Assembly: GCA_965178125.1 (NCBI GenBank)
Contig: OZ237737.1
Location: forward strand, 310,001-374,000
Direction: 5' to 3'
DNA length: 64,000 nt
Source: Bilabrum cf. latius
Lineage: Eukaryota
The position numbers and the translations under genes are program-made. How positions within the stretch are numbered: position 1 is the first letter of the stretch; each line of letters opens with the position of its first letter. Positions 63,757 through 64,000 of the stretch are shown one piece after another. A model generated the notes under the pieces. That model saw nothing but the letters and a program-made list of their open reading frames with translations. It was not told the origin of the DNA and did not search any database.

Positions 63757-64000
63757 TCATCGGCCGAACCCCCCTCCGGCCGCCCCGGCGCCTCCTCCCA
63801 GCGCCCTCCCCCCGATCGCACTCACCCGCTTCTTGCCCGCACCAGCCCCCGCCCCGATGCCTTTCCCCTTGCCCCCCTTCATGGAGCCCCCCATGAGCGC
63901 GTCGAGCGGGTCACCACCCCTCTTCTTCCTCAGCTCGTCGATGGCGCTCCGCTTGGGCGTCCAGGACTTGAGTGAGCGAATAATCTCGGAGAAATCCGGA
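63757..64000 (-). CDS. 3' end of a gene running in from beyond the window, possibly a TKL-type protein kinase
   Basis: PDFSEIIRSL resembles the kinase subdomain XI RPxFxEI, followed by a Gly-rich tail and tandem TGA TGA. Only about 80 codons are visible. Confidence 0.45.
   Translation of the reverse strand, partial: PDFSEIIRSLKSWTPKRSAIDELRKKRGGDPLDALMGGSMKGGKGKGIGAGAGAGKKRVSAIGGRALGGGAGAAGGGFGR

Noticed and set aside
1-64000. Mass pseudogenisation as the cause of the fragmented ORFs
   Set aside because: All interruptions are TAG. There are no frameshifts and no internal TAA or TGA, and conserved motifs continue intact after each TAG in core genes.
1-64000. UAG as pyrrolysine, Leu, Trp or another residue
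   Set aside because: Conserved columns, poly-Q runs and repeat copies point to Gln. The single TGG/TAG pair (28350 vs 31828) is in a poorly conserved region and is explained by one transition.
1-64000. Generic C-to-T hypermutation or sequencing error producing stops
   Set aside because: It would also create in-frame TAA from CAA and TGA from CGA, and none were seen. Splice acceptors remain CAG. A CAG-specific artefact or RNA editing cannot be fully excluded without reads.
1-64000. Prokaryotic or phage origin, suggested by GTG/TTG starts in the ORF track and by known TAG=Gln phages
   Set aside because: Spliceosomal GT-AG introns and eukaryote-specific genes (VPS45, importin alpha, ECM29, V-ATPase c'') show nuclear DNA. 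The GTG/TTG starts are artefacts of restarting after TAG.

Overview
Gene-dense, GC-rich, intron-poor eukaryotic nuclear DNA with short GT-AG introns near gene 5' ends. The style resembles a heterotrophic protist such as a Cafeteria-like stramenopile, but that taxonomy is inference only. The main observation is a non-standard nuclear genetic code: TAG behaves as a glutamine codon while TAA and TGA remain stops. By manual count about 100 in-frame TAG codons interrupt otherwise intact, frameshift-free genes. Several fall on family-conserved Gln residues (FOXRED2 GPAGxQ, ACAD10/11 AAILQGV, EXO5 QxxxY, prefoldin-4 EDQ, ECM29 IQLPV), inside CAG runs, or opposite CAG in repeat copies. No internal in-frame TAA or TGA was found, and all 23 gene ends use TGA (19) or TAA (4). 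Reading TAG as Gln collapses the fragmented ORF track into about 23 genes: importin-alpha-like, Neverland/DAF-36 Rieske oxygenase, secreted GH63-like hydrolase, FOXRED2, prefoldin 4, a degenerate F1-alpha-like protein, VPS45, a 13-finger minisatellite-like C2H2 protein, ACAD10/11, two copies of an orphan acidic protein within a tandem duplication that also copied the 3' end of ECM29, ECM29, V-ATPase c'', TMEM14, a small membrane protein, bL17m, PAAF1, a coiled-coil protein, EXO5, a ~2960-aa EF-hand/RCC1/fucolectin-like protein, a GNAT, a CTFxP-repeat protein and a partial kinase. Family assignments come from motif recognition, not database searches. No rRNA, tRNA, CRISPR array or recognisable transposon was seen.
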